A stretch of DNA of 64,000 nucleotides, from positions 5,935 through 69,934 of the forward strand of contig LBWJ01000009.1 in NCBI GenBank assembly GCA_000993595.1, given 5' to 3'. The notes under the pieces were generated by a model. It searched no databases. It saw nothing but the letters and a program-made list of their open reading frames with translations, and was not told the DNA's origin. How positions within the stretch are numbered: position 1 is the stretch's first letter; each line of letters opens with the position of its first letter. The stretch comes from Candidatus Peregrinibacteria bacterium GW2011_GWC2_39_14 (lineage in GTDB: Bacteria; Patescibacteriota; Gracilibacteria; UBA1369; UBA12463). The position numbers and the translations under genes are program-made. This document shows, one piece after another, positions 42,730-52,900 of this stretch.

Positions 42730-44304
42730 TTAAAACTTCTTGAATGAGCGCTTGAAGCTTTGGCCCGGGCGTGAAAAACTTCGCCTTGGATGTGGTGAGC
42801 CGCCTTGAGACGGGCGCGGTGATCCTTGGCCTGGACGAGCTGAGCTTTGACCTGAATGTGCCGAACCTTGGCTTGGTCGTGGTGCGCCATAATGTGGGCG
42901 TGACGATCCTTGCGCGGAGCGTTGTTCGCCTTGTGCCGGTCGTGATGGTCCATAGCCTGAGCGTGAAAAACTTGGTTTTTTATAACCGGAACGTTGTGCT
43001 GGGCGTGAAGAACCATAGCCTGAACGTTGCGGATATGATGAAGTGTTTTGTGGGTGAGTTGGAACGTGATGTGAACGTGGCGCATGTTGTTGCGGATGTG
43101 GCGCTGATTGCGCCGGTGCGCTTACGCTATGCATTGCCGGGCGTTCTTGTCCCAGTGAAGGCGTAAAAGCGAGCGGATGCTGCAAAACATTTATTCTTAT
43201 TTTCATCAATCTTTCAATCTGATAAACCTTTCCGCGCTGATCTGTTGTGGCGAATGAAATTGCACGACCTTCAAGGCCCGCGCGTGCAGTTCTACCAATT
43301 CTGTGTATGTAATCTTCCGCATCGTCCGGAATATCAAAATTAACAACCAATTCAATTTCTTCAACGTCAATTCCGCGGGACGCGACATCGGTTGCAACAA
43401 GAATGCGATATCTGCCGGATTTGAAGCCTGCAAGCGCTTCTCTTCTTTGACCGAGTGATTTATTTGAATGAATTTCTTTTGCTTTATGGCCCATCAACTG
43501 GATTGATTTGCATATTTTTTGAGCACCAAATTTTGTGCGGGAAAAAACCAAAACAGAACCTTTAAAATCTTTTAACAACTCTTCAAGAAGGCGAATTTTT
43601 TGATCTTTTTTAACGTAATATAAATCTTGTTTAACTTTATCCGCGACTGATCCATGGCGCGCAACCTCAATTCGAATCGGATTTTTCGTATAACGAGTAA
43701 CAAGCGATGTCACGGTGCTTGGCATTGTCGCAGAAAATAACATTGTCTGCCTTTCTGTTGGCAAATGCTCAAGAATTTGTTTTATTTGAGGCGCAAAACC
43801 CATATCAAACATACGGTCCGCTTCATCCAAAACAAGTATATTAAAATCCTTAAGATTAATTGTTCTGTGTTCGATGTGATCGATAATACGACCGGGCGTA
43901 CCAATAATAACTTCCGGTCTTCTGCGAAGCTGTTGCATCTGGCCGCTTATATGTACGCCTCCAATCAAAATCGCGCCGCGAATATCAAAAGGTAGCGCAA
44001 ATTTTTGGATTGTTTCGCCAACCTGAATTGCGAGCTCTCTTGTTGGAACAATAACAATCGCCTGGCGATTGCCAATTTTTGCATTAACAATTTGATGAAT
44101 GATTGGAATCGCAAATGCAAGAGTTTTGCCTGTGCCTGTTTGAGCTATTCCAACGATGTCTTTACCCTCAATTCCAATTGGAATCGCTTTTTCTTGAATA
44201 GGCGTTGGGTGCTCAAACTTCAAACGATTTAATGTTTGCAAAATCTTTGAGTCCATACCCATTTCTGAAAATTTTGCTTTTGTTTCTATTGGTTGTAAGT
44301 GCAT
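42730..44304 (-). CDS. DEAD-box ATP-dependent RNA helicase with a basic low-complexity tail
   Basis: 524 aa. Contains a Q-motif region, AQTGTGKT, DEADRM, SAT and HRIGRTARAG. The C-terminal 150 aa are rich in R/S/G/P/Q repeats. Confidence 0.95.
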   Translation of the reverse strand: MHLQPIETKAKFSEMGMDSKILQTLNRLKFEHPTPIQEKAIPIGIEGKDIVGIAQTGTGKTLAFAIPIIHQIVNAKIGNRQAIVIVPTRELAIQVGETIQKFALPFDIRGAILIGGVHISGQMQQLRRRPEVIIGTPGRIIDHIEHRTINLKDFNILVLDEADRMFDMGFAPQIKQILEHLPTERQTMLFSATMPSTVTSLVTRYTKNPIRIEVARHGSVADKVKQDLYYVKKDQKIRLLEELLKDFKGSVLVFSRTKFGAQKICKSIQLMGHKAKEIHSNKSLGQRREALAGFKSGRYRILVATDVASRGIDVEEIELVVNFDIPDDAEDYIHRIGRTARAGLEGRAISFATTDQRGKVYQIERLMKIRINVLQHPLAFTPSLGQERPAMHSVSAPAQSAPHPQQHAPRSHHVPTHPQNTSSYPQRSGYGSSRPAQRSGYKKPSFSRSGYGPSRPAQGEQRSAQGSSRPHYGAPRPSQGSAHSGQSSARPGQGSPRPSQGGSPHPRRSFSRPGQSFKRSFKKF

Positions 44305-44365
44305 AGACGATTATTTTACTGAGAAAATTCGAGGATGTCAAGGTGAAAGCCCAAAGCCCGCCTTT

Positions 44366-45295
44366 TTAAGGCTGAAACAACTCCTCGGGCCATGGCTTTA
44401 CGGACACGACTCCCGGGAATTGCTTTGCGGTTTCTGATATTTGAGACCATAAAATGCCGATGCGACATGATCCTCCGCCGGATTTATTATAAGGATCTGC
44501 AAAGGTCAACGTGAGAACTCCGCTATTAAGAGACGCCGCTTTTAATTCAAATCCTTGCAATGGGTATTCCGTCGTAATTCCTTGCGCTTTTTCCGCTGTT
44601 GTTAGCTCCCCTTTGAGAAGCAATTTTATCGTATCTTGAATTGGAGTTTTTGTTATATCAATCTTTCTTTGAACCGGGACGAGTCCTTGTTTTGTACACA
44701 TCAAGTTCCCTGTTCCGTCTTTGTCTTTTGACGGGCTGTAATAATATAATAAAACCGTTTGCTGAGCGGGCGCGCTCAATTCGAATTTTACAGGGACTCT
44801 AAGCTCGTCGTCATATTCAGCCAAGCCGGATGGATTATCTTTTTGAAAAATCAAAGTTCCGGTTGCGACTTGTGGTGCTGATCCTTCTGCCAATTTTGGC
44901 ACTGTAAATTCCATTTGTGCTTCAAAAGGTACAAAACTTTCCGTCATCCAATCTGAAGTTGCTTTTGCGATTGCTACACCAATTTGTTTCCCGTTTGCAT
45001 CCACCAATTTTATCGGGAAAGAAGCTTCAAAAAACCATGTACCACGAGCTTGGCCTTTAATATTAAAAGAACTTTTTATAACGCTGTTTGGTGTTGGCTC
45101 TGTGACGCGGATTAAATCGGATTTGTCGGTGATGATAACCGGGTCTTTAACAATCGGATCTTTGCCGCCGTATTTATCTTCATAAATATAAATCCCGCCG
45201 ATAACAACTAAAACGAGGATCACCAAAAGTAGAATCTTGACCAAAAGAGAATTTTTCATGATATAAAAGGTTAGCTTATGGCTATAGTGTAGCAC
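44366..45295 (-). CDS. Gmad2 Ig-like plus GerMN domain protein
   Basis: 309 aa. The likely start is the internal MKNSLLVKILLL at about 45259, followed by a signal anchor. FNIKGQARGTWFFEASFPIKLVDANG is Gmad2-like and VLLYYYSP..TIKLLLKGELT is GerMN-like. Confidence 0.7.
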   Translation of the reverse strand: MLHYSHKLTFYIMKNSLLVKILLLVILVLVVIGGIYIYEDKYGGKDPIVKDPVIITDKSDLIRVTEPTPNSVIKSSFNIKGQARGTWFFEASFPIKLVDANGKQIGVAIAKATSDWMTESFVPFEAQMEFTVPKLAEGSAPQVATGTLIFQKDNPSGLAEYDDELRVPVKFELSAPAQQTVLLYYYSPSKDKDGTGNLMCTKQGLVPVQRKIDITKTPIQDTIKLLLKGELTTAEKAQGITTEYPLQGFELKAASLNSGVLTLTFADPYNKSGGGSCRIGILWSQISETAKQFPGVVSVKPWPEELFQP

Positions 45296-45301
45296 AAAAA
45301 T

Positions 45302-45424
45302 AGCCCTTTAAGGGTTTGCCCTTACGGGGCGCTTTTTAAATCCGTATGCAAATTATATCAAAGTGATATAAATCTTATGTATTTCTTATATATAAATGAT
45401 ATAAAACGTATACGGCTTTAGAAA
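45302..45424 (+). repeat. Direct repeat, left copy (about 123 bp)
   Basis: 45331-45424 matches 47494-47587 with a single mismatch. The preceding 29 nt are more loosely similar. Confidence 0.85.
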
Positions 45425-45529
45425 AACGATAATGGACGGACGACACAAGGGCTTCGTCTCACTAATTTGCATTTGTAACAGAAATGATGGAATTTTATAT
45501 ATTTTCTATATAAATTACACATTCATTAT

Positions 45530-46459
45530 GTGCCGGTATACAAAAGAAGTATGAATCATCAAGCCATCCCCGTGCCTTCGCTGGAATTTCAGTTAACTGA
45601 TACGTGCCAGAATAACTGCGGATTCTGCGCGAATGGCGACAGTCCTTCAAAAAAACAATCACTCTCGCCGGAACTACTGCAAGAAACATTCCGCAGGATG
45701 CGTCCCGAATCTGTGATTTTTAGTGGCGGCGAGCCAACTATACGCATGGATTTGCTTGCTCCTTATATCCGTGCGGCACGTGCGGCCGAAGTAAAAACTG
45801 TAAAAATCAATACCAATCTGGAGCTGTTGGACCCGGAGCGACTCATGCAATTGGAAGATGCGGGACTCAATATTGTTCACTTCGCGCTCAATACTCTCGA
45901 GCCGGAGCAACATCGTAATTTACGCGGCAATCCGCACGCTGAAGTGACTCGTGTACTTGAAAATATTCATGTTATTTTGGAGCAAACGCGACTGAAATTA
46001 AAGCCCGAATTCGTATGCATGCACGAAACTGTAGAAAATTTTTGGGATGTATACGACTACCTTAATGATCTTCACGTAGCGCACCCCGGGCGTTTTGAAA
46101 CTATCGAATTACAACGTTTGATTCTTTTGGGCAGGGCATGCGATGCCTCAGCTCCGAAAACTTCAGAAATAGCTGAGATTATAAGCAGAAGAACTCTTGG
46201 AGCATTACAAGTTGATGCGCTTTGTTTTGGTCAAGAGGGAGCGCAGTTTGCGCCTTATGGCATACATGTGTTTCCGTGCTATAATCCCGCGAATTGCGGT
46301 TGCAGTCCCGTGCGAGTTGACGTGAATGGAGGTGTCTCCAAAACTAATTTTGCCGGCTTGCAGGCGGATTTCAATATAATGAATGTACCTGACGGCGGCA
46401 TAGAGAGATTATTGTCATCTCCATGCTCCGCTTCGCTTAAGGCGTGTGCAAAGGTATGA
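45530..46459 (+). CDS. Radical SAM protein
   Basis: 309 aa. CQNNCGFC is CX3CX2C and FSGGEPT is the SAM-binding glycine motif. The track start is GTG, and an in-frame ATG lies 21 nt downstream. Confidence 0.8.
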   Translation: MPVYKRSMNHQAIPVPSLEFQLTDTCQNNCGFCANGDSPSKKQSLSPELLQETFRRMRPESVIFSGGEPTIRMDLLAPYIRAARAAEVKTVKINTNLELLDPERLMQLEDAGLNIVHFALNTLEPEQHRNLRGNPHAEVTRVLENIHVILEQTRLKLKPEFVCMHETVENFWDVYDYLNDLHVAHPGRFETIELQRLILLGRACDASAPKTSEIAEIISRRTLGALQVDALCFGQEGAQFAPYGIHVFPCYNPANCGCSPVRVDVNGGVSKTNFAGLQADFNIMNVPDGGIERLLSSPCSASLKACAKV

Positions 46460-46485
46460 TCAATGAAATCGGAACCGAATTTCAA

Positions 46486-47364
46486 TTAAGCCACTTTTGA
46501 TATTTTCCATACACCTTTTTCTCTGAAAGCCGGAATGGTTTGACGATGAGCCGCGTTCAAAAGAGCGGAAAGGGATTTTTTAGTTGATTTTGCATAATCT
46601 GCAAGTTTGATAATTTCTTCGCCCTTCATATAAGTAATCCTTTTATGCATTGATTCCATTGCTGCCAAAGCTATTATTCGTTCCATGATTTTTGCGTCCT
46701 TTTTTTCATCATAAGCCCTGAAGGCTTTGTAATATTCCTGCTTTTCTTTATTACGAATAATGATTGGTGGCAAGCCTAAACTTTGAAACTGACAATTTAT
46801 CAAAACGCGTCCCATCCTACCATTGCCATCAATAAAAGGATGTGTATGTTCAAATTCCAAATGAAAACACGCAATTTTATCTAAATAATAAGTGTCATTA
46901 TCTGATAAATATTGAAGGATATTTGTTTCGACTAATCTTTCAATATGCTCAGGCGGAGGCGCAATGTAACTCCCAACGCGCACATATTCTCCGGATCGGC
47001 GGAACCTACCCGCTATATCATCATTGATATTGCTAATTAACATTCTATGAAGTAGCAGTATTGTTTCTTTATTAAGCGTGAATTCTCTGGATTTTCCCCT
47101 AATGTATTCCACTACCCTTGCGAGATTCTTGGCTTCAAATACTTCTCGAAGTGAAACGTTGCGAGAGATTTCCATTTCAAGCAGAATTTTTTCGGTTTCC
47201 TTGAGCGTTAGAGTAGAATTTTCGATTGCATTAGAGTTGTAGACACTTTCCGAAATCTCAGCCTCGTCAATCATTTGCAAAAGAGACTCTTTGCCTTGGC
47301 GCAAAGCCTCATAAGCTTCCCTTAAAGTTTTGATTCTATTACGGATAGTAATAATTGTTGTCAT
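46486..47364 (-). CDS. Fic-family protein with an N-terminal inhibitory SxxxEN motif
   Basis: 292 aa. The active site is HPFIDGNGRMGR. An upstream NSNAIENST matches the auto-inhibition motif (S/T)xxxE(G/N). Confidence 0.9.
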   Translation of the reverse strand: MTTIITIRNRIKTLREAYEALRQGKESLLQMIDEAEISESVYNSNAIENSTLTLKETEKILLEMEISRNVSLREVFEAKNLARVVEYIRGKSREFTLNKETILLLHRMLISNINDDIAGRFRRSGEYVRVGSYIAPPPEHIERLVETNILQYLSDNDTYYLDKIACFHLEFEHTHPFIDGNGRMGRVLINCQFQSLGLPPIIIRNKEKQEYYKAFRAYDEKKDAKIMERIIALAAMESMHKRITYMKGEEIIKLADYAKSTKKSLSALLNAAHRQTIPAFREKGVWKISKVA

Positions 47365-47380
47365 GCTTCCATTATATAGA

Positions 47381-47441
47381 ATTCACGGATCTTTGTCAAT
47401 ATCCCGTGAATTTGTATCGTTCCTGTGGATAATTCACGGAT
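47381..47441. promoter_or_regulatory. Three copies of a TTCACGG-core motif upstream of fic
   Basis: ATTCACGGAT (47381), its inverted partner ATCCCGTGAAT (47401) and AATTCACGGAT (47431), located 17-77 nt upstream of the fic start. Confidence 0.4.
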
Positions 47442-47463
47442 ACGATAAAAATTACGACGAAAA

Positions 47464-47587
47464 GAACCCTCTAAGGTTTTATCCTTATGAAGTGCTTTTT
47501 AAATCCATATGCAAATTATATCAAAGTGATATAAATCTTATGTATTTCTTATATATAAATGATATAAAACGTATACGGCTTTAGAAA
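47464..47587 (+). repeat. Direct repeat, right copy (about 123 bp)
   Basis: See the left copy. Confidence 0.85.
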
Positions 47588-47668
47588 GAAGAGTCTCAAA
47601 GTTTAAATGTGAAATTCTAAATTTTCAAATTTCAAGCAGAAGAGACCCTGCGCTAAGCTTCGGGTCTG

Positions 47669-47743
47669 TGGAGCGGGTAGCGGGAATCGAACCCGCGTCT
47701 ACTCCTTGGAAGAGAGTCATAATAGCCATTATACTATACCCGC
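47669..47743 (-). tRNA. tRNA-Gly (anticodon UCC)
   Basis: Acceptor GCGGGTA/TACCCGC, anticodon arm ACTCT-CTTCCAA-GGAGT, T arm GCGGG-TTCGATT-CCCGC, encoded CCA. 75 nt. A stem (AGACCC/GGGTCT) follows downstream. Confidence 0.9.
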
Positions 47744-47800
47744 GCAAAAGGAGTTGCAGAAAGTATTATAAGCAAATAAGTAAAAAGTGCAAAGAAAAAA

Positions 47801-49903
47801 TCAATATCGTCTTGGCGCTTCTTGCCTGCTTGATTGCTTTCTTATAAACATTGGCGCGTTATCTTCAATCCAACCTCTGCCGAATGTTTTATCGAGATAA
47901 GATCTCTCTAGCCAGAAAACGCGATCGTGTTTTGCGAATTCAGCCCTGCATACTGGATTTCTTTCCATAACCCTGCGAAGATCACCCCAAACTCTGTTCC
48001 ATGAAATGCCTCCACTTATTTCATCTGCTTTTGCTCTAATTAATATTCCTTCCAATTCAGCTTTAGCTGCTGCGTCGAATAATGCATTTTCTGCCGGAGC
48101 CGCACCTTGTTGAAGTCCTCTATGTGCACCTTGCGTTGCCGTTCCACTTCTTGCTGCACCGCTTTCTTTTGCTCTCTTGGCGGCTATCGCCCCTTCTGAT
48201 AAACCTAATTTTTGTAATAATACGCCCACCTCTCCCTTTGAAGGCAAGCCCATTACGGCCTGATTTCGTAATGCACTTATTCTTGTTATAATCGCGACTC
48301 TTGCGGCCATCATTTCATCTCCTGTGAATGCCGCTCTTTGAGCTTCAGGCAAAGATTCGAAAGTCTTTATTGGGTTTTGAGATGCTTTTAATTGGCTCTC
48401 TAATGTCGCTGTTGGCGATGCTTCGTGAACTGCTGGTTTTGAAGCGGGGACTGGAGGCGCGACCGGAGCGTGTTGTTGATGTGCAGGAGCTTGCGGTGCT
48501 GGCGCTTTTTGCTGTGGTTTTGGAGCAGGAGTAGCGGCAGGTGCAGCTACTGCCTTTTTAGATATCGTTAATGCCGCAATCACATCCGGCAATCCTATGT
48601 CAGGTAAAATCGCATGGAATAAAGCATATGGTCGTGGGTCTTGTGCCGCATGCACGGCTTCTCCAACCAATGGTGCAAGATGTTTTTTTTGCACTCTTCC
48701 ACTTCTATATTCTATCAAAAGATGCAATGCCGCTCTTGCATCCGCTTCTATTCCAGGAAATGGTTTCGTTTCAAGACCTGCACTAAATTGCAAAGATAGA
48801 CTTGTCCCCGCTCTCAAATCTCCTGGCTCTAATGTTTGTACAAAAGTCACCAAGTTGCCGAATGTAATTTCTTTTGGGAATTCCGGTTTTTTCTCTGGTG
48901 CAGGAGCGGCGGCTTGCACAACCGCGACCTTTGGCGCTGGCGTTGGTACTGGCGCTGCTGTTTCTTGAACTGCTGCTGCGGCTTCTCGGGCGACTGCGGC
49001 TTGTAAACCTGACGGCGTTGGTGGAGTTGCCGAAGTTTTCGGCGCCGCGGACGGCACGCTTTTCAGCACTTGCTCCGGTACGGATACTCTCATTCCCAAT
49101 TCTTGTTGCGCATCTGCAATTGCAAGCCTTATAAGATCTGATAATCTAGGAAATACATTACATAAAATAGCGGCTGAAGATGTCTGTTCAAGGAGACGAA
49201 CTTGCTCTCCGATATAGCCCGTTATTGCTTCTGCGCTACTCCTCTCTTCAACAAGACGTTTAATGCTCATTGCCATCAAAACCACATCTGATTCATCTGT
49301 TGGTAAATTATTAAATCCTTCGTCTGCGGAAAGCATTTCAAAAAGTTCATTCAATCTTTCAACCGGCGTATCTTGCACTAAATGCAAGATGGAGTTTAAA
49401 GAAATCACGGCAGGTAAATTAATTTTCGGAAGAGTCGGTTGTACCGCGACTTGCGGTGCGGCTTCTAATGCGGCAATCGCTTTGCCGCCTGCTGCTGCTC
49501 GCCTGCCTTCCAACTCTACAACTATCGCCTCAACCTCAACAACATCGTCTGACATAGACGTTCCTCCGCCCATGTCAACTTCTTCAACGACTTCACCTCC
49601 AACAACGGGATTAACCTCAATAACAACTACGGCATCATCTTCTTTTTTCCTTCCTCTACCTCTTTTCTCTCTTGGTAGGACTGTCACACCTTTACCTCCA
49701 AGCATACCGGTCACTTTTCTTGCTCCTGCGGCTATTCTTTCTCCAATTGCCAATAACCCGCTTCCTTTGCTTGCAACTTCATCCGCGGCTTTACATGTTG
49801 GTGGCGGCAATGCTTCTTTTCTTGACAGTTTTGATGGCGCGCTTGGTCTCGGCATAACAGTTGTATGTTGCCCCTTAAAGCTTTCAGCACCTCCTTGACA
49901 CAT
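47801..49903 (-). CDS. Hypothetical 700-aa protein with an internal duplication and Ala/Pro-rich linkers
   Basis: Long ORF 29 nt downstream of the 1497-aa gene. No TM or signal peptide and no recognised catalytic motif. Confidence 0.7.
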   Translation of the reverse strand: MCQGGAESFKGQHTTVMPRPSAPSKLSRKEALPPPTCKAADEVASKGSGLLAIGERIAAGARKVTGMLGGKGVTVLPREKRGRGRKKEDDAVVVIEVNPVVGGEVVEEVDMGGGTSMSDDVVEVEAIVVELEGRRAAAGGKAIAALEAAPQVAVQPTLPKINLPAVISLNSILHLVQDTPVERLNELFEMLSADEGFNNLPTDESDVVLMAMSIKRLVEERSSAEAITGYIGEQVRLLEQTSSAAILCNVFPRLSDLIRLAIADAQQELGMRVSVPEQVLKSVPSAAPKTSATPPTPSGLQAAVAREAAAAVQETAAPVPTPAPKVAVVQAAAPAPEKKPEFPKEITFGNLVTFVQTLEPGDLRAGTSLSLQFSAGLETKPFPGIEADARAALHLLIEYRSGRVQKKHLAPLVGEAVHAAQDPRPYALFHAILPDIGLPDVIAALTISKKAVAAPAATPAPKPQQKAPAPQAPAHQQHAPVAPPVPASKPAVHEASPTATLESQLKASQNPIKTFESLPEAQRAAFTGDEMMAARVAIITRISALRNQAVMGLPSKGEVGVLLQKLGLSEGAIAAKRAKESGAARSGTATQGAHRGLQQGAAPAENALFDAAAKAELEGILIRAKADEISGGISWNRVWGDLRRVMERNPVCRAEFAKHDRVFWLERSYLDKTFGRGWIEDNAPMFIRKQSSRQEAPRRY

Positions 49904-49932
49904 AATTATTTGGTTAAGATATTATTATAGTA

Positions 49933-52900
49933 TTAAGCTTCCTTTGCTTGCAATGGATTTTGTTCATATTCTTCACCCGTCAACGTTTCTTGGATAACCG
50001 CCATTTTTTCCATTAAAGAATCCACTAAATCTCTGACCTCAAAAATGATACCTTTTTTGTCTTTCGGATTTTCTGCACATTTATACCATGCATCCGTACA
50101 TCTTTTAACGGTTTCATAATGATGTTTTCTTGATTCCTCTTTTTTCTTAGCTGACATTTTGCACCATTCGTCATCGTATTGTTTATTAATCCATTTATCC
50201 TCTAAAATATCTTTCATCTTATGCCTTTCAAGTAAATTTTCATATTCTGCAATATACCATTTTCCTATTTCTTCAAATGGCCCTCCAAATTGCGCATTTG
50301 ATAAAGCCGTACTTATAAATTGATAATATTTAATATCGCTCCAGGCTTTTCTTCCAAACATATCGGTTCTGCCTGAAAGATACCCCCAGCCTTTTCTTCT
50401 TCTCATATGAGGCAATATAATCAATTCTCCGCCGTCATCATAAGCCATTATTCTCTTGTCAGTTTCTTCATCATGACTTGTCTTAAAACTATCTAATGGA
50501 TATTCCATACCAACTTCTGTTGAAAGTAAAATGCTACTCCCAAGTATTGCCGCTGAATTATCATCAAGCTTACCCGGTATTGTGACCTGCAGTTCCGGCC
50601 GTCCTTTATCTAAAAGCCCTGTTTCTTCCAAACAAGCTAGAATTATAATCATTTCTTCCTGCGTCATAACCGGAGGAATTATGAATGAATTTGTTGCAGC
50701 TTCCAACTTAAAGGCTGAACTTGTTAATCTCAATAGTCTAAATAAACGATCATACTCTTTTGAATTAATTCCGTGCAAAAGATGGACCTTGCCTCCCACC
50801 GGCAAAACCCCTTTATATTCCGACCTTTTCGCTTCGATTGCGCGCTTTAATTCAATAACCTGTCCTCCAAATTGTCTGCCAACCTGCTTGGCCGCAAATG
50901 CCATTGCATCATGCACGCTCCTAATGGTGTCTCCAATCATTGCCCCGAGTTCGATGTCGCCACCTGCTGGCAATGCCGGCGTTTCATCAATCCTATCATT
51001 GACGTATGCCAAAACTCTATCACGCCCCGCTCCTTTTCCACCTTCTCTTTCCATGAAGTCTACAACCCTTGCAATACCAAAAAACGTCAATACGCTCTTT
51101 AATGCTTTACGTGCATTTTCTTGCTCAATGTTTTCTCTGACTTCGGCCTTTTTACCACAATATCTCTCAACTATATCGTCTATTTCTTTGAATGCATTAA
51201 ATTTTATCAAAATATCGAACTTCGATTTTAGCGTTTTCTGACGCACAAACCTCTCTACGTTAAAGTATTTTACGTTTATAGCTTTTAATGTCTCATTCGC
51301 TTTTACAATTGTTTCCGCCGCGTATTCGCTTATATTTCCGTCATTATCTATTATTGTTTCGAAATCTATATCGTTAGCCGCATATATAAGTTGTCTCATT
51401 CCAACCACCATTTTATAAAAACTTTCCAACATGGCAATTCTATCTTTTGATGTTTTCGCAGATCTCATCTCTTCTTTAACCGCTTCCGCATCAATAAGCC
51501 CATCTTCGATACCCTCTTTTAAAGCTTCTGTAAAATTTTCCCATTCATCTTCATCGCTTCGCGGTAATTTATATGGATTTAGCATGACATCTTTATCTGC
51601 AGTATACTGATCTTCGCCTTCCTGATCCGGCGTATTTAATGCTTCGGAAACCAATCCTTCCATGATTTCTCGATAATTAAAAATGTCTCCTAAATTCATT
51701 ACTTCAATCAAGCTTTTATAATGAACGATAGCCTGCATTGCTCCCGCGATATTGTCCCATCTGAAGTTTAAAGTACCTGAAAAAGCATCTAACAACTCTC
51801 GATGATATTGCTCACTAAGATGATACAATGTCGCTTTAACCCATCCTTGATCCCTAAAATCTGCGCAATGCTCTCCTTCACCTTCCGCTTCAATCCGCTC
51901 ATTTGACTCCATGTGGTCGATCTCCCATTTATTCAATCTCTCATAAATAAAATCCCATTCGCTCTGCTTTACTCCAGCTTGATTAAAGCCGATATTATCG
52001 CCGACTGCATGCTCAATTAGTTTCTCCATCTGTTCATCTGTGACAGCTCCTCTGTTATAAAAATCGATTAATATTCTTACGGCGCAAAGCCTAACGGTCC
52101 TTACCGAAGCTTCATCGCGCGGTCCTCTACCATCTCTTTCGAACATCCTCCTGTTCACGCTTTCCACGGATTCCGGTATTTCTTTTATTGTTTTTATAAG
52201 TTTTAAAAAGTTTTTCGGCGGATTAAATGGGTCTCTCATTGCATTTGCAAACATGGCAAAATACAATCTTAGAACATCTTCATCTACTGAACCTGTTTCT
52301 TCTTTGCAACGATCATATAAATTCATTGCGTTTGAAACTATATTCGCTCTTGCTGGTTTGCTCACCTCCATTCCGCCTTCTCTATGATATGGCAGTGCCG
52401 CGATTGCCGCTGATGCGTTGTGTGGCAACATATGGCTTGCCGCAAGGTTATCTTGATCAAAATCCAATGCCATTCCAAGACGCTCCGCCTCCGGCATCGC
52501 ATTAAATTGTCTCCAAATGCCTCTAAGCAATTTTGCGTCCAAAACCTGTAAATCGAGTTTTCTTTCACGCATCTTATCTCTACTACCATCCAAAGTCGCT
52601 TTGAAAAAATCCAATCCCGGAAATGGCACCGTAACTTCATCACCTTCCATCTTGCAAGTTATTTCACTTCGAGGTTCATTTTTATCAACATGCTCAAGAA
52701 ATTGTTTTATAAAAACTTCCTGCTCTGATGCGTTCAATTTTCCAAGACCCAAAATCATTATGTCTATAATTCTGATTGCTCTTGGCATATTGCCTATTCC
52801 ATATCTGCTAGCTATAAAACACGTTATTTCTATTGTGCGCTTTTTTGGCATAAATTTTTCCAAACCACATCCCCCCTGAAAATATGCTTTGCAACCATAT

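Larger units (their letters stand above)
45302..47587. mobile_element. Direct-repeat-bounded 2.3-kb cassette (radical SAM plus Fic); mobility inferred
   Basis: The bounding repeats are near-identical. The right repeat lies about 80 nt from the tRNA-Gly(UCC) 3' end. The radical SAM gene looks more G+C-rich than its flanks by eye. No recombinase gene is present. Confidence 0.35.

Noticed and set aside
42684-43085. 133-aa His-rich ORF overlapping the helicase tail
   Set aside because: It is an alternative frame of the repetitive helicase tail. The helicase frame is continuous with conserved motifs upstream.
49263-49898. 211-aa plus-strand ORF and neighbours antisense to the 700-aa gene
   Set aside because: This is the same shadow effect from Ala/Pro-rich coding on the opposite strand. 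There is no start context or motif.
50531-51241. 236-aa plus-strand ORF inside the 1497-aa gene
   Set aside because: It is fully nested antisense in an uninterrupted 4.5-kb ORF, with S/L/P-rich composition and no independent signals.
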